This document shows positions 39,802-52,500 of a DNA stretch of 64,000 nucleotides, one piece after another. Below the pieces are notes generated by a model. It searched no databases, was not told the origin of the DNA, and saw only the letters and a program-made list of their open reading frames with translations. The position numbers were made by a program, and so were the translations under genes. The first letter of the stretch is position 1, and the number at the start of each line of letters is the position of its first letter. The stretch covers positions 1 through 64,000 of the forward strand of contig KZ538453.1 of NCBI GenBank assembly GCA_000934665.2. The letters are read 5' to 3'. The DNA is from Catajapyx aquilonaris. Its lineage: Eukaryota.

Positions 39802-41629
39802 TTATTCTCGAATGTTATCAAGTATCCAGGAGAGAAACTCTGACACTTTGGTATAAACTCCAGGTACTGGTGTAAAGCCACATCTCCTTTGCCCAAATGA
39901 CACGATCCCAATTTGCCTGACCCTGAGGTCATTGAACATCAGAAGAGGCCCTCCAGAGTCACCAGCACACGAGTCCTTACCAGCCACACCTCCGGCACAC
40001 AACTGAGTAGGTAAAATGTCTGCTAATCCTTCGAAAATTTTCCCGCATTCTCCATTGCCCACGACCGGTACTGACACATGCTGAAGGATGTCACTACTCT
40101 TCGTCGATACTAAAAGAAAACATGTGTCATACTATCACGTCGCAATAAAAAGCAGAATCACATCTTACAGAAATCTGTGAGTCCCCATCCAGCCACCAGT
40201 GCATCTTTAATCACCACAGCATCTTCGAACGGTAAGCAGACGGGCGACACGAATTCTTAAGGAAGCAATCATATGTAAGTTTGCTGATATTATAACCACA
40301 TATTGGTGCACCTACTTGTGAGCGTCACACGCTGTTTGAGTCTGACGAGAGCAATATCACTGCCTAAAAGAGGTCTCTGATAATCTTGATGGGGCAGTAC
40401 GTCCTCTACATCGACATCCACAGGTGCATCAGCACAAAACAAATTTCCTCCCTCGTCTGGTTCACAATCCACGTCTTTGGACGAATCATATTCGCCCAGT
40501 TTTACTTTCGTCCTGTGAAGATTTTTCAAAATTCCAAAATAGTAAAGTGGCAATGTTCACACAATCTCATGGAGGGTGCAAAAGTGCATACCAATTTTGT
40601 GGGAAGCATAACACAAAGTGGCTGTATTTTAATGTCAGCTATTGTTAGCATAATATTATCTCATGCAGTGTGGCATGTGGCACGATATGCCGTTAGGTTA
40701 GTTGTCTTTCACTGTTCAATGTGCAGGATCGTTATTACATGATAATGCCTTTATCAAAATCGGTTCGTCATGTGGGGTCAAAATGCAATATTGTAGAACA
40801 ACACAGTTAACTCGCATTAGGCAATAGGCATATTTCCTCAATTATTGGTTCACAAAGTATTCATACTTACAAAATTGCTCTGTCAGGCAGATTGATGACG
40901 CAGTGCGCAGCAGTGAGGACATAATTCGAATTAATTAGCGTACCTGCACAGCCGTATTCTAAGCCGTCCACATCACCAGGCGCTAAGAGAAAAAACTAAC
41001 GTAACTACGTAAGCAGTGAAAATTATTAGACTCGCAATTCTTCGAATTGCGGTGAGACACTAACTCAGGTATCCCAGTCGCACTAGCCATGGATGAGTCC
41101 CCAGTTTGGCATCCTTTCCACCTATGACCCTCAAATTGACCCCGCTTTTCCCGCATTCGTCTGGAGAAGGCAGCAATTTGCGATTCTTGTGACGATTCAA
41201 CACATCCCATGATGTCGCAATAGGCTCTGGCGTAGTACTCACGAACTGGACGTCATTTTCTAACTCGCAACATATCTGTCACAAACACGAAATATCATGA
41301 TCTCAACTGCTGGACGATTCAATCGGCAATTATTGCTGACCTCTGGGTCTTGGTTCCCATTTAGTACCGGGTTACATATGGCCCTGGTGAAGTAGCTCAG
41401 CAGATCGGGACTCAGAGGTCGACGCCGCAGCAGATGTCCAAAACTGTCACATTTACTTACAGGTATGCACTCTCCCGGAAGGTCATTCGGGGTCGTGCAG
41501 GAATCACCTGCCACAGAGTCAAACTTGAGGAACTTCAAATGAATAGAAGATGGATAGCTCACCTGCCCAAACTTTCACATATGGCACCGTTATCGTCAGC
41601 ACAATAATTGTTGTTATTAGAGTTGACAT
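39802..41629 (-). CDS. Clip-domain trypsin-like serine protease (easter/CLIPB-like)
   Basis: Exons 41629-41563, 41507-41341, 41275-41065, 40982-40871, 40512-40316, 40255-40169, 40109-39802. Signal peptide; clip domain CTTPNDLPGECIPVSKC..C..ICC; activation site R^VIGG; triad TAAHC, DIALV, GDSGGP; S1 Asp in KDSC. Confidence 0.95.
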
Positions 41630-42061
41630 CTTCGCGTAAATCTACATTTTACTGCGGAGGCAAATACTAGACCACCTGTAGAGTCAGAATTTTCGTTCCA
41701 ACTGAATCAACTCGCATGACCCTGAATATTTCTCTCTTTTTTTGCCTCTAAGTACACGTCTTTCTGCGTCCTCGCTTCATGTGAGGAAATTTCTCAGCAC
41801 TCAAGGGCATTCTAGATTTCCCACTTTTCAAAGTCATTGAAGTTAGTTCATTTCCCCTTTTACTTGTACGGAATATTAAATACAGCATATTAACGCCACA
41901 ATATTTTTTTGACAAGTTATTACACAGAACAGATGTTATTGGCCCCATAAACTTGCTGATATTAAAACTGCATTTACCATATGAATTGAAACAACTTAAA
42001 CTTCAACATGCATATAATGGTACCATAAAACACAACGGGACGTTTATTAGGAGAGACAAAT

Positions 42062-42437
42062 TCATTCAAATTCGGGAATGTCTCGGAACGAGTATCCTGG
42101 GTATTTCTGGTATGCATAGAAGGCAATCCTGACATGATAGTAGCCAGGTATGAACATGATGCTTCCGATGATGATGAGCGGCCAAGTACGATCAGCATAC
42201 TGTAAAATCAGACGAAGCCTTGAAAGCAACCCTTTTCAAGCAAGTAACTGTGGCAACAAAAGCAGCTCATATAAATCTAGCATAACGAATACCTTGGCAT
42301 CGATGTGGCCTGACACAAGAAGGCTTCCTATTAGAAGCAAGGCAAAGCCCATGATAAACAGGAAAGTCGCCAGAAATATTGATTTCCATGGGATCGGTGC
42401 CTGGGATTCAGACTGTCAAAAAAATACAAACTCGCAA

Positions 42438-42498
<61 letters not shown>

Positions 42499-42753
42499 CC
42501 CTGGCACAGCCATGTGGCGGGTCATTTAGGTATAGCGTACCCAGTCGTAGTTCTGTGGATTGGAGTCCATGTCGACATCTGGAATTTCGCTGAAGTCTCC
42601 GGATCCCGAGACGGATCCTTTCACATGGCTGGCTATTCTCATTCGCATCACTGTCGATTTCCCGCAGTTCGAATAGTCGCCTGCCCCTAATGGTCCACAG
42701 GCACTTTCCATTGCTGGCAACTTCGATTTCATTCGCACTTTCGCTCTAACCAT
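42062..42753 (-). CDS. TMEM230: TMEM230-like paralog (copy B) with divergent N-terminus
   Basis: Exons 42412-42293 ([40 protein letters not shown]) and 42199-42062 ([45 protein letters not shown]) are clear. The first exon 42753-42541 (phase 0, TGG|gtacgc) is in frame but inferred. Confidence 0.82.
42439..42496. repeat. (ATT)n microsatellite in a TMEM230 copy B intron
   Basis: ATT run; explains the poly-I and poly-L ORFs in the track. Confidence 0.97.
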
Positions 42754-44224
42754 AGTAACGAAATTCAACACTACATTGTAGGCTATTTTTTAGGGGTCCT
42801 AAGCTAATCACTGATTGTTTCCCCCTTGTAAACTGTGCGTGAACTAACCGGTATTTCCTTTACCGATGAATTACTTCAGTAACTTGCTGGATGATCAAGG
42901 GTAATGATGACTCCAGTACTACACCATAATAATATTATGATCACCAAAAATAAATAATCTTCAGCATGCCAGCCTACTGCCTTTTCCTTGTAGCAACAGC
43001 ATTACTAGAGACTTTAGAACCAAAATAGGGCTTTCCAACCCTGGCAGGAAATCAGCATTCGATTATTCCTCTACATACAGAATCCCATGAATCCTAAATT
43101 GAACGTGCTGGGCACTTTCAGTTATACACGATGCATTGTGGTGTTGAGTTAGTGTGCAGTTCATGATGCAAATAGCAAATTACAAGGAGGAAATCTCAGA
43201 TCATGTATTGGGAATACACAGAATATATATTTTCCTTAATGTGTTCACATAATCAGGCCTTATAAACTCACATGGAGTATTTATCAATACCATCAATACA
43301 CTGCAATAATATTGTAATGAACATTATTTTCTGCTCCAGTCTTTCCAAATAACTTACCTAATACTGTAGCTTATGTATGATTCCAAACCGTGGAAAAAAG
43401 TACGAATCCTACAGTATGTTAAGAATATTCTACTGTATATACTTGGGCTCCACAAGAGCCTCAAAAGGTTTCATAAACTCAAGTACATAATCAGCTAAAT
43501 TATGCACTTATGCCTAATGGAGAAATGTAGCCCTGCTAGCAGCAAAACCTGTTTGTAACAAAAAAGAATTCTATACTGGACTAAGAGCTAATAACTGGAC
43601 ATATTATGATTCTGTATGTGGCAGGGAAAATCTCCTCCAATACAACCTAACAAAATGCCATAGCAGACATTTTTTATGCTGAATTTTAGTTTCATTAGAT
43701 AAGACCATATAGGTTTTATTGCACTACTAATGTCTTTTGCATGATGCCCTTCAGAAGCTGGTTCTGCAGCCAGGGACAAGTGAATTATTCTGGGTTGGTT
43801 GTATTGTATCTTGTTAGATTCTGATCAACCATAAAAACAACTTACATCTTACCTGCAAACAGTTGAAGAGTAGGCACATGATGGGCCCCTTTAAAAGTAG
43901 CTTTGATGACAGCTTTGTCAATGGTGAGGCATTGCCCACGCATGTATTTGTAATCAGTTTTACACTGCATCGTATAATCATACATCATCATGAGTAAGCT
44001 CTCGGAATGCTTCCTTATGGAATACTAGCAGGATACCTGGCGTTGCTCTGGTTATAAAATACTTTTCCATAGGAGTAACTCATTAATTTCGTAGTAACCT
44101 TTGCAATAATTATGGCTACACAATGTTGGCACATGGAGCATAATTATTGCATGTGCATGAAGTCCAAACAACACACTACGGATGTCAGATTGTAAGAAAA
44201 AAAATACACAATACACCGGGGGTC

Positions 44225-44726
44225 CGGGGCTATTCAACTGGCGGACCGCAACGCAATTTTGTCCGGACCGTGACAATATACAGGACAGTTTGAAATACCA
44301 TGATAAATTACTATTTCATGATTTTTTGGAAAAAGTGCTACCAATTTCACCAAATACACACCCATTCAAATCTCCCACATTCACCTGAGCTCGTGTGACC
44401 TTGAACCCACAAAAAATTCGTCTGCGGCAGGCTCGTTCCCCACCCTTTACGGCTTGTTCACCTTGTGCTTATGAAATGGGCCCCCCTCCAAAATTCTTCT
44501 GCCTACACTCCTGTACAGGACATCATAAAGGGCGAAAATTTCTTAATATGCCGTCTTGATAGGCCCTTCTACCTTGCTTCTACCCTTGCTGCACATGTTT
44601 CTATTTTCAAATATGAACCCTAGCTGTGGTACAATATAAAATCCATATATTTACCTGGGGGGGGACCTTCAATGGCCCAGGAAAGGTAAATACTGGACCT
44701 TGTCATAAACTAGTTGAATAGCCCTG
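44225..44726. mobile_element. hAT-like MITE (degenerate)
   Basis: Termini CGGGGCTATTCAACT and AGTTGAATAGCCCTG. No clean target duplication seen. Confidence 0.6.
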
Positions 44727-45673
44727 CAATCCACCTTAAAAATCCAGCAAAAGTATGCAATGAAAAACTGAAGGTTGTGCAGTAAATGTAGAAGTAAATG
44801 TAGAATGTAGAAGCTCCAACATAGCAGAGCTTACAATCTGGCATCCATAGTGTGTTGTTTGGTCCCAGCATAACACTTTCAGTGCATTACAGTTGCATAT
44901 AATGGAAGCTTCTTCAGCCTCTGTTGCAGAACAAAGTGATTATGTTAAAGGCAGCTTTCATTACAATCATATGCATACGTTGGGCTGATGCATGGCTAGA
45001 GAGATGCATTCCAGTTGTGGCCATTGTGAGGGTAACTTGTTGTTTATCACATCTCTGGCCGTCAGTACAACTCTTTGAAAAAGACTCAGCATTGTCACAA
45101 ACCACTATGTAGGACTGTCCATGTCATGTATTTTCAGAAGAATTTCCACCAACAAGTTGACAGTGAGTGGTACTGTAATGAAGTGAAAAACAATTCTAAC
45201 TTTTCATGACCTGTTCTCTGGCAGAAACGTAGTCAACAAATACCTTTTATGAGCATACAAACGAAAGAATTCCCCATATGACAACTGGTTTATTATGTAA
45301 GCCCTAGTGCAAACTGAATCAGAGTACTGTACTCTGACTGAATAAATGACGTATAGACTAACGTTCTTAAGCTACTGTCAAATGAGGATGCCTGTAGTGG
45401 ACACTGAAAATAGAGAGAACATGCCTAGTGTAAAAAAAGCGCAAAAAAGATTGCAGGGCCAACATCAGAATGAGATTTTTCTTGAATTTTTGTTACACCA
45501 ACAGAACCAATCTATTGCAAAAATGAACAGCATTTTCAAGTACATAATAAATGAAACCTAGGTGTAGACTGTAGAGTATTTGATACTGTATCAATGTCAG
45601 ACACAACTGAACTGACTTGCACATTTTGATTCATTTTGGGCCAATGTGAAGGATTCCCTTTAAGAGTTTAAGG

Positions 45674-45905
45674 CAGTGCTTCCCAATTTATTTCTTTGGT
45701 GACCCCAAAAAATCATCTTGTAAAATTTGCGACCCCCTATATGTGCACATTTCGATATGCCAACATGAAAAGACAGGTAAACAGTGAAATGACCTTACAT
45801 TATGGTCATGATTTTCAAGAAAGATAGCATCATTTTGTGAAAATAATTTGTTATCCTTCCGCGCAACCCCAAATGGGGTCGCAACCTACAGTTTGGGAAG
45901 CACTG
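45674..45905. mobile_element. hAT-family MITE with perfect 8-bp TSD
   Basis: GTTTAAGG|CAGTGCTTCCCAA ... TTGGGAAGCACTG|GTTTAAGG. Confidence 0.93.
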
Positions 45906-46413
45906 GTTTAAGGTAATGGTTCGTTCCCTGTTGCCTGGTGAGGGGGGTTAATGTTTGTATCAAAGGTAGGCCATAATTATTGTGACTTCATGTCCTGAAA
46001 GACATGCAATAATCCTCCTGAATAGTTCAAAATCATTTGGTTGCCATCTCTGTCCCTTGCTCATATTCAGTCTGCTTTGACACCCAAAAGACTGAACAGG
46101 TGCTGAATGTCAAACCAGTTAGGGAACACCAATGTCATGATACACTAATTTCTTCCCTAGTTTAGCATTGTCAAATGCAATGCAAATGGGTTCATTATGA
46201 AAAAATGTCCCAGAATGGCAAGGTTCTGCTGAGTATAGGCTTCATTCTTTCAAATTTATTTATAGTTTATCAGATAAGTCCATGTAAAACAATAATTATG
46301 TTACAGTTTGTACTCCACTGCACCCAAAGTGCAAATAAACATTTCTCATTATAATACATTGTGATTATTTTTTGTCCCATCACAGATGACAGTCTTGTCT
46401 CTCGATGCAAAAA

Positions 46414-49022
46414 TCACTCAAAATCTGGAATGTCATCATAAGAGTACCCTGGGTACTTCTTGTATGCATAAAATGCAATCCGCACATGGTAAAAACCAGG
46501 TATGAACATGATGCTCCCAAGTATGATGAGGGGCCAGGTTCTATCCGCATACTAAAAATTAAAATTAAAGCAACATTAGTGGCATGTAGTAATGGGATCT
46601 CTTAACTGCTTACTTTTGCATCAATGTGTCCTGAAACAAGGAGGCTTCCTATTAGGAGAAGTAAAAATCCACCAGTGAATAAAAAGGTGGCCAGAAATAT
46701 TGACTTCCACGGGACTGGTGGTGGTCGGCATTCAAACTGTTCCAGAAAGAAAGGATTAGCCAAAAATACAATGAGTTTGAAGCACTGGGGACCTTTTAGT
46801 TACCCAAATTGCATTGGAAGTTGTTACTTATGTTAAGTCGTTTTCCCATCCGATCCAGGTGCCCAATTATTCCCAGGTTGAATATAAGAGCTGCTATATG
46901 TTGGGCATCTCCATTGGGGCACAAAACTACACAAAAATAACAACTTCGGCTGAAATCTGTGATAACTACAATAAGGACCCCAATACATTAAAACTTCTAT
47001 AAGTCGAACTTCCCTAAGTCGAAGTTCTCTATAAGTCGAATAAAATTATGAGCTTGGTTGGTCACAATGTAAAATAGTAGGAAATAAACTTTCCTAACTC
47101 GAAGTTCTCCATAACTCTAAGTGCAGGCAGGGCCTTACGATGGGATATCAATGCATTTTCAGTCTCCCTAAGTCGAAGTTCATGTTGGCGAGTACGGAAA
47201 ATTTTCTCATTTCCCAGCCGAAGGGTCGAGAGTAGGCCACATGTACAGAAAGGCTCAATTTCCTGATCTCCGTCTACCAGACGTACCGAAAGAAGTGTTT
47301 GACTCGATTGTGACAATTGAATCCTTTGAATCTAAGAGTAGTCAAATGTCCATCACAGGGTTTTTTTTTTACAACAAAACAATGAGGAACATTGTAAGTG
47401 TGATAGTGACAGTTATTTTTAAGTTTTGAACACCTTTCATCGCTGGATATACAGGTAGGCTTCCTTATATAGTTATGTGCGTTAAAAAATCCAAACTTCT
47501 CTAACTCGAATCTTCTATAACTCGAAGTTTTTTTTACGGACCCATGGAGATTCGACTTATAGAAGTTTTACTACAAGGTGAGATAGTGGAAAGTTAAACT
47601 GCTACAACTACTACATGTTGATGCAAACAGAAGTTAGTGCATGGCAATAGAGTTTTCCAGCAACACTTTCTTATTACATTTTTTTTATTGGGTGTGTGGC
47701 TTGTGCTACATGGATTCACTATCAGACTGTCTATGTTAAATGCCTCAGGTTTGTTGGAGCACCTACTGCCTACTGCACCTACTTTCTGCTCTGGTACTGC
47801 TCTTGTCAGTAATTTCACATTTATACACCATGTACTGTATATAAGTGAGTGTTTTATGCAGAACGATCGAGTGACTCGAAAGAAACATTTTTTGCCAATA
47901 CACTTGGTGCCATATTATTATTAGTCATGAGTAAGATTAATCTACTAGATGAATTATTATCCATGAGGAGGGTTAATCTGTTTGGTGAAGTAATATCCAT
48001 GAGGAGGATTAATCTGTTTGGTGAAGTAATATCCATGAGGATCATTAAACCAATGGGTGAATTAATATCCATGAGGAAGATTAAAACGCTAGGAGAATTA
48101 ATCCGCAAGGTGAATTATTATTATCCATGAGCAAGATTAAACCGCTAGGATTAATCAGCAAGGTGATTATTAGCCATGAGCAGGATTAAACTGCTAGGTA
48201 CATTATTAACCATGAGGAGGATTAATCCGCTAGGTGAATTATTTTCTCCCCTTAGTAGGGGACTCATTGCCAAATTTTGGCAACACTGCTTGGTCCACAT
48301 CCGAACTTGGACGTAGGCCCTACTACACAATAGGCCACTGCCAGTTGGAGATAGGCTCTCCCTCTGTACATTCCTGCCACTCTCAGGGAGAAAGCAGTAG
48401 TACTGTATGCACGACTGCGCGTTGGCAATGAGTCACTGTGTGGACAAAGTGTTGACAACCTGATAGTCATGCCAACTGGCCAACAATACAGTGGAGACTC
48501 TCTCAGTAACTACCATCACTATAAGGCTAGGCTGGGAGTTGCAGGGGGCTGCATCACATTGAGCAGTGAATATGGTGTGGGTTTTTTAAGCCCACACAAA
48601 GGAAATGCAGCATCCACACTTACGTGGCTCAATACTACTTCTGGCTTTAGTTCCTGACATACTGTCCTTAACAACGCATCATGGCATTAATTTTTTTTCG
48701 AACTTATGCTGCTGCCAGTGGTTCAATGTGATAGGCTTACTAAAACTGGGGCTAAGACCATCCCTGTGTAAAACAGATGGCAGGTCATCCATAAAGTACG
48801 GTACACATCACTGACTACCCCTTTCAGAGTGTAATTCCATCATGGTATCATTATTAACACATATGAACATGCTCCTGGGAATAATTAGTGCAACAATATT
48901 GTAATTCAACTGCCACCCAGCTGTAAATATACCTGTGAATCGATGAATTCATCCGTGTCTTTGTTAGCAGTCATCTGGTGGTACTCAACCTTTGGGTGAG
49001 ACTTTGCTCCCTTGCGAATCAT
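46414..49022 (-). CDS. TMEM230: Transmembrane protein 230 (canonical copy A, 116 aa)
   Basis: Exons 49022-48933 ([30 protein letters not shown]), 46736-46614 ([20 protein letters not shown]...GHIDAK), 46551-46414 ([45 protein letters not shown]). All junctions are phase 0 GT-AG. Confidence 0.95.
46990..47572. mobile_element. MITE (pogo/Tigger-like) with repeated subterminal TAAGTCGAA/TAACTCGAA motifs
   Basis: AAAACTTCTATAAGTCGAA at left, TTCGACTTATAGAAGTTTT at right; the motif is reiterated internally. Superfamily is tentative. Confidence 0.75.
47925..48250. repeat. Minisatellite, about 39-bp unit (CCATGAGGAGGATTAATCTGTTTGGTGAAGTAATAT-like), about 7-8 degenerate copies
   Basis: CATGAG..GATTAA recurs at about 47926, 47963, 47998, 48034, 48070, 48126, 48176 and 48211; spacing is 36 bp in the best-preserved part and longer where there are insertions. 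Confidence 0.85.
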
Positions 49023-49379
49023 CGTCGTTCAGGTCTGATGCGTCCGACCACCCAAGGCTACTTTTGCGTAGAAGATCAAAGTGAGACGTGTGCCTCTCTG
49101 GTGGTACCGGCTGACTCGCAGTCACATGCCTGAGTCTAGCCCCAGCTTCAGTCCTGCAACAAAATGCGAGCGTGAGAACAGAGGAGTTACTGGATCCCTG
49201 GTTGACATACACCACACAGCAGCAATGCGACTCTGTAATTGACGTTGACGTCTGCTTCTGCCCACTGGCGCCATCTACATGTGGTTGATCATCCACAGGC
49301 AAGTGTTCCAGAAAAATCTATCCTACTCTTCTGATAAATTGCACTGATGTGCAACCCCCACATTTTTCAGAAACATGAC

Positions 49380-49953
49380 ATATGTGTACTTGACGTGTGA
49401 ATGAATTGACTTGAAGCCTCGCGCAGGCCTCCATGTTACACGCCGTCCTCATTCCGACCAATCAGCGTGGGAAAAGCGCGTCACCTGATCGCACCTGATG
49501 GCAGTGCTGCAACATGGCTGCCCCCTCCGCCCAATGAGGGCCCTCGTCCAGTGAGCAGGGTAGCCAACCGATTCCTCCCGCTCCTCCCTCCCGACCAATG
49601 GGAGGGGTAGGCGCGAAAAGCAGGCGCCGGGGAGCCATTCTCTCTGCCCCTCCCTCCCTCCCTCCCCTCCCTCCTTCCCCTTCCCCTCACCCCACCCCCA
49701 CCCCCATCCACTCCCTCATTTTTTTTTTGCATGCCTTTTTGCATCTCCCTCTTCCGGAGTCTCTCTAGCTACCCCTTTCTGCAGGTTTGCAATTTTTGGC
49801 ATCCGACCCGCCTGCTTGATGGAGGAGGGGGTGCTCCGCCGGCCTCCTCCCGCGTCCCTTGGGTGACACCACCTGCGTCGTCCTCCCGCCGGCCGGCATC
49901 CCCAGCCAGCCTGGGGCCGAACCCCGGGCGAGGAACATCCGAGGGCGGGAAGA
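49380..49953. promoter_or_regulatory. GC-rich bidirectional promoter for TMEM230 (-) and NSD (+), with NSD non-coding exon 1
   Basis: CpG-island-like; CCAAT at about 49458, 49532 and 49595; pyrimidine-rich start region; donor GAG|gtaagc at about 49953 can join the acceptor at 54457. Confidence 0.7.
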
Positions 49954-50320
49954 GGTAAGCTGCCAGTCTGTCGGTTGAAGAGCTCAGGGCGGGACGGACA
50001 GGAGGAGGAGGAATGTGGAATTTGACATTTCTGGACGCAGATGGCCCCCATCTTTGGTGTGGCCAGTTGTGTAGGGCTAGGGACAGTCATGCTTCTCTGC
50101 ACCCATACGCCTCCAAAGTGGGTGAGGTAGGTTCATGCAGGTTTATGTACCAACAGAGGTGTCTCTTGGTGCCATGCTCAGATGAAGCTTACCATGGACA
50201 TAAAAGTTCAACAAGCGCATTAGGTCACATGTCACAATCACATTTAATTTCTTTAAACATGAGCCTGGAGACGACTAGCTTACTGACAAATGGTGACTTG
50301 TAAATCTAAGAAATTAGTTA

Positions 50321-50653
50321 CAGTAGAACCCCAACCTCTGATTATTATCTGACCGTACCACTCCAGCAATAAAGCTACAGTTTTCTCATCAAATGCTGTA
50401 TAATATACTATGCATTTGTTTTGTATTGCCCGGTATTGCCTTATTGAAATTGTAAATACAGCATACAGTAGAGTGTATGCAAAATATATTACATACCCTG
50501 TTTCTTAAAATACCATTATATTGAATATTTATGTTTTTGTAGGCTTTTAGTTGTGTTTCCATAAAGTTTTCTTTGCTCCTCGGATAATCTGACATTTTTT
50601 TGCATTCGACCATGCCCTGGTCCCGTGGGTGGAGGATAATAGGGTGTCTTCTG
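50321..50653. mobile_element. Degenerate Tigger-like MITE
   Basis: TA|CAGTAGAACCC..ATTATC at left; GGATAATAGGGTGTCTTCTG|TA at right (imperfect inverted match). Confidence 0.5.
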
Positions 50654-51194
50654 TATTGGGAAATACAGAATTTGTTGTCTCATTTGTCGAGTCCAGATAG
50701 TTAGGCAAATGCCTATTTAGTTCCTTAACGGTTGCAATGGTTTTGTGAAGAGATCCATTGCATAAGTTCAGGGTGTGGAAAATGTAGGTTTTGTAGGGCC
50801 TAAAATGGCCTATTTTGTGGTTTTGGGAACTATTTTGCCTATTCGGGCGTTTTGTGACATTTCTTGCCTATGTGGCTTTCTTTGGGATAGTTTTTGAACT
50901 TTTTGAAGAAATTTCGAGACTTTTTGGGCCTATTCCAGACCAATTCCTTCCGAAGCATGTATGGTTTTTTTTCCGAGTGTTTTTTGTGCTCCTGAAAGAA
51001 CGTAAATCGTTCAGAAGTAACACGAATCATGTTGCCATGACGCTTATGTCAAATATTGTTCTAAATTATCCTCTCATTGTTCCAATCAGAGGAAAATTTA
51101 GACAAATACAATTATTATGCAATTATTACATTATACAATTATTACCATGTGGACATCCCTCACATTTCCACCCAACAATTGATTGTTGTGTCTA

Positions 51195-51413
51195 AATGTG
51201 GGGGATGTCCACATGGCAACGCACCGCACACTGTAGCGATAAGGTAATTTTTGAATTTCGCGGGCGGATGTGACATCATGATTTGGCCCAAACTTTGGAG
51301 GCCTCGTGAGCCCTAACCAGGCCTCGTAGCAATAGGACCTTCACTTCCATGTACTGGTTTTCCACAAGGAATCTCGCTACCTGAAGCTTGTGCGCCATTT
51401 ACCGACCTCCCTG
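51195..51413. mobile_element. Solo right arm of the mariner-type MITE family found at 53808-54373
   Basis: ..CACAAGGAATCTCGCTACCTGAAGCTTGTGCGCCATTTACCGACCTCCCTG|TA matches 54323-54373 closely. Confidence 0.88.
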
Positions 51414-51425
51414 TATAAATATTAA

Positions 51426-51932
51426 GGGGGCGCATGAGTAAAAATACGGTAGGCGCATTTTTGAGGGAATTTTATTTTTTGTGGCGAAACGGATGGTTAA
51501 TCGGAAAAATCACGCCGAAGGTGCCCTGCGGAAAGGTTTGGCCTTTACTATGGTACCATACTCGATATGATTGCATTAAAATTGTGGACATACGGGCGCT
51601 GAAGCGTTCCCGAATTTGTCGCGTTCCTGCCGCCATGTTATTCAAATGGGCTTTTCGGGAATGCCATTTTCCTCTCACTTCAACTCGATGAAAAGGTCAC
51701 TTCTAGGCCGAAAATGGTAAAATGACGCCGAAGGTGCCCTGCGCCAGATCATGTCCTATTTTTTGGTGTAATTTTTGTGTCCATTGCTCCATTTTTGTGG
51801 CCGTACGGCCGCAGAAGCGTGGACATGTCGAATCCCCATGTGCTGTCCATACAAACGCGAGTTTGTTTACGTAGTCGCCAAGGGCTCGCATTGTTACCGA
51901 TTGTTACCGTATTTTTTTACTAATGCGCCCCC
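51426..51932. mobile_element. TTAA-flanked MITE (Kolobok- or Harbinger-like)
   Basis: TTAA|GGGGGCGCATGAGTAAAAATACGGTA ... TACCGTATTTTTTTACTAATGCGCCCCC|TTAA. Internal direct repeat ACGCCGAAGGTGCCCTGCG at about 51512 and 51725. Confidence 0.88.
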
Positions 51933-52500
51933 TTAAAATAGTAGTCATCGTGTATGAATATCCCTTCTGATTGGTCTGCTGCATATTGTTACCGCCACCT
52001 CCCCATTGGCCCCCGTTCATTGTTACCTGTATGTATTGATACCATGACGCCTCCAATTGGCCCCTTTCCAAGCATTCGCAATGGGTGGAAGAACGCCACA
52101 GTCGTTTGCTGGACGTCAACGAGGACACATCTCTTCCATGAAGACCCCTCTACCCTTCCACCATCCTCCACCCACGTCTTCACTGTGACCTCACAACAGG
52201 GGAGGGGGAGAGGAGGGGGGAATGGAAAGTCCTAAACAAACCGAACCAAACGGAACATTTCTTTGTAGAATAGAAATTGGCCAAGGTCGGGATGTTGTTT
52301 ATCAGTGGTGCCAACTCCATGGACGTTTAAGAAACAAAGTAAAATTTCCGTTTTTTAAACAAGGTCCTTCCTGTCATCCCCGCGGGAAGAGTTGGTAAGC
52401 AGTATTGGCCGCGATATTCAACACTGAACCAGGGGATAGACTGAGAACGTCAAAAAAAAAGTGGCGGGAAGAATGAAACCAGTGTTTGATCATCTTATAC

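Noticed and set aside
42150..42690. ORFs with poly-Ile and poly-Leu runs resembling membrane segments
   Set aside because: Translation of an (ATT)n microsatellite, antisense to TMEM230 copy B.
47925..48250. CRISPR-like regular repeats (also 59895-60760)
   Set aside because: No unique spacers, eukaryotic intron context and no cas genes; ordinary tandem repeats.
48985..49302. 105-aa minus ORF as the TMEM230 N-terminus
   Set aside because: Wrong frame; the conserved N-terminus starts at 49022 in another frame. At most an overlapping upstream ORF.
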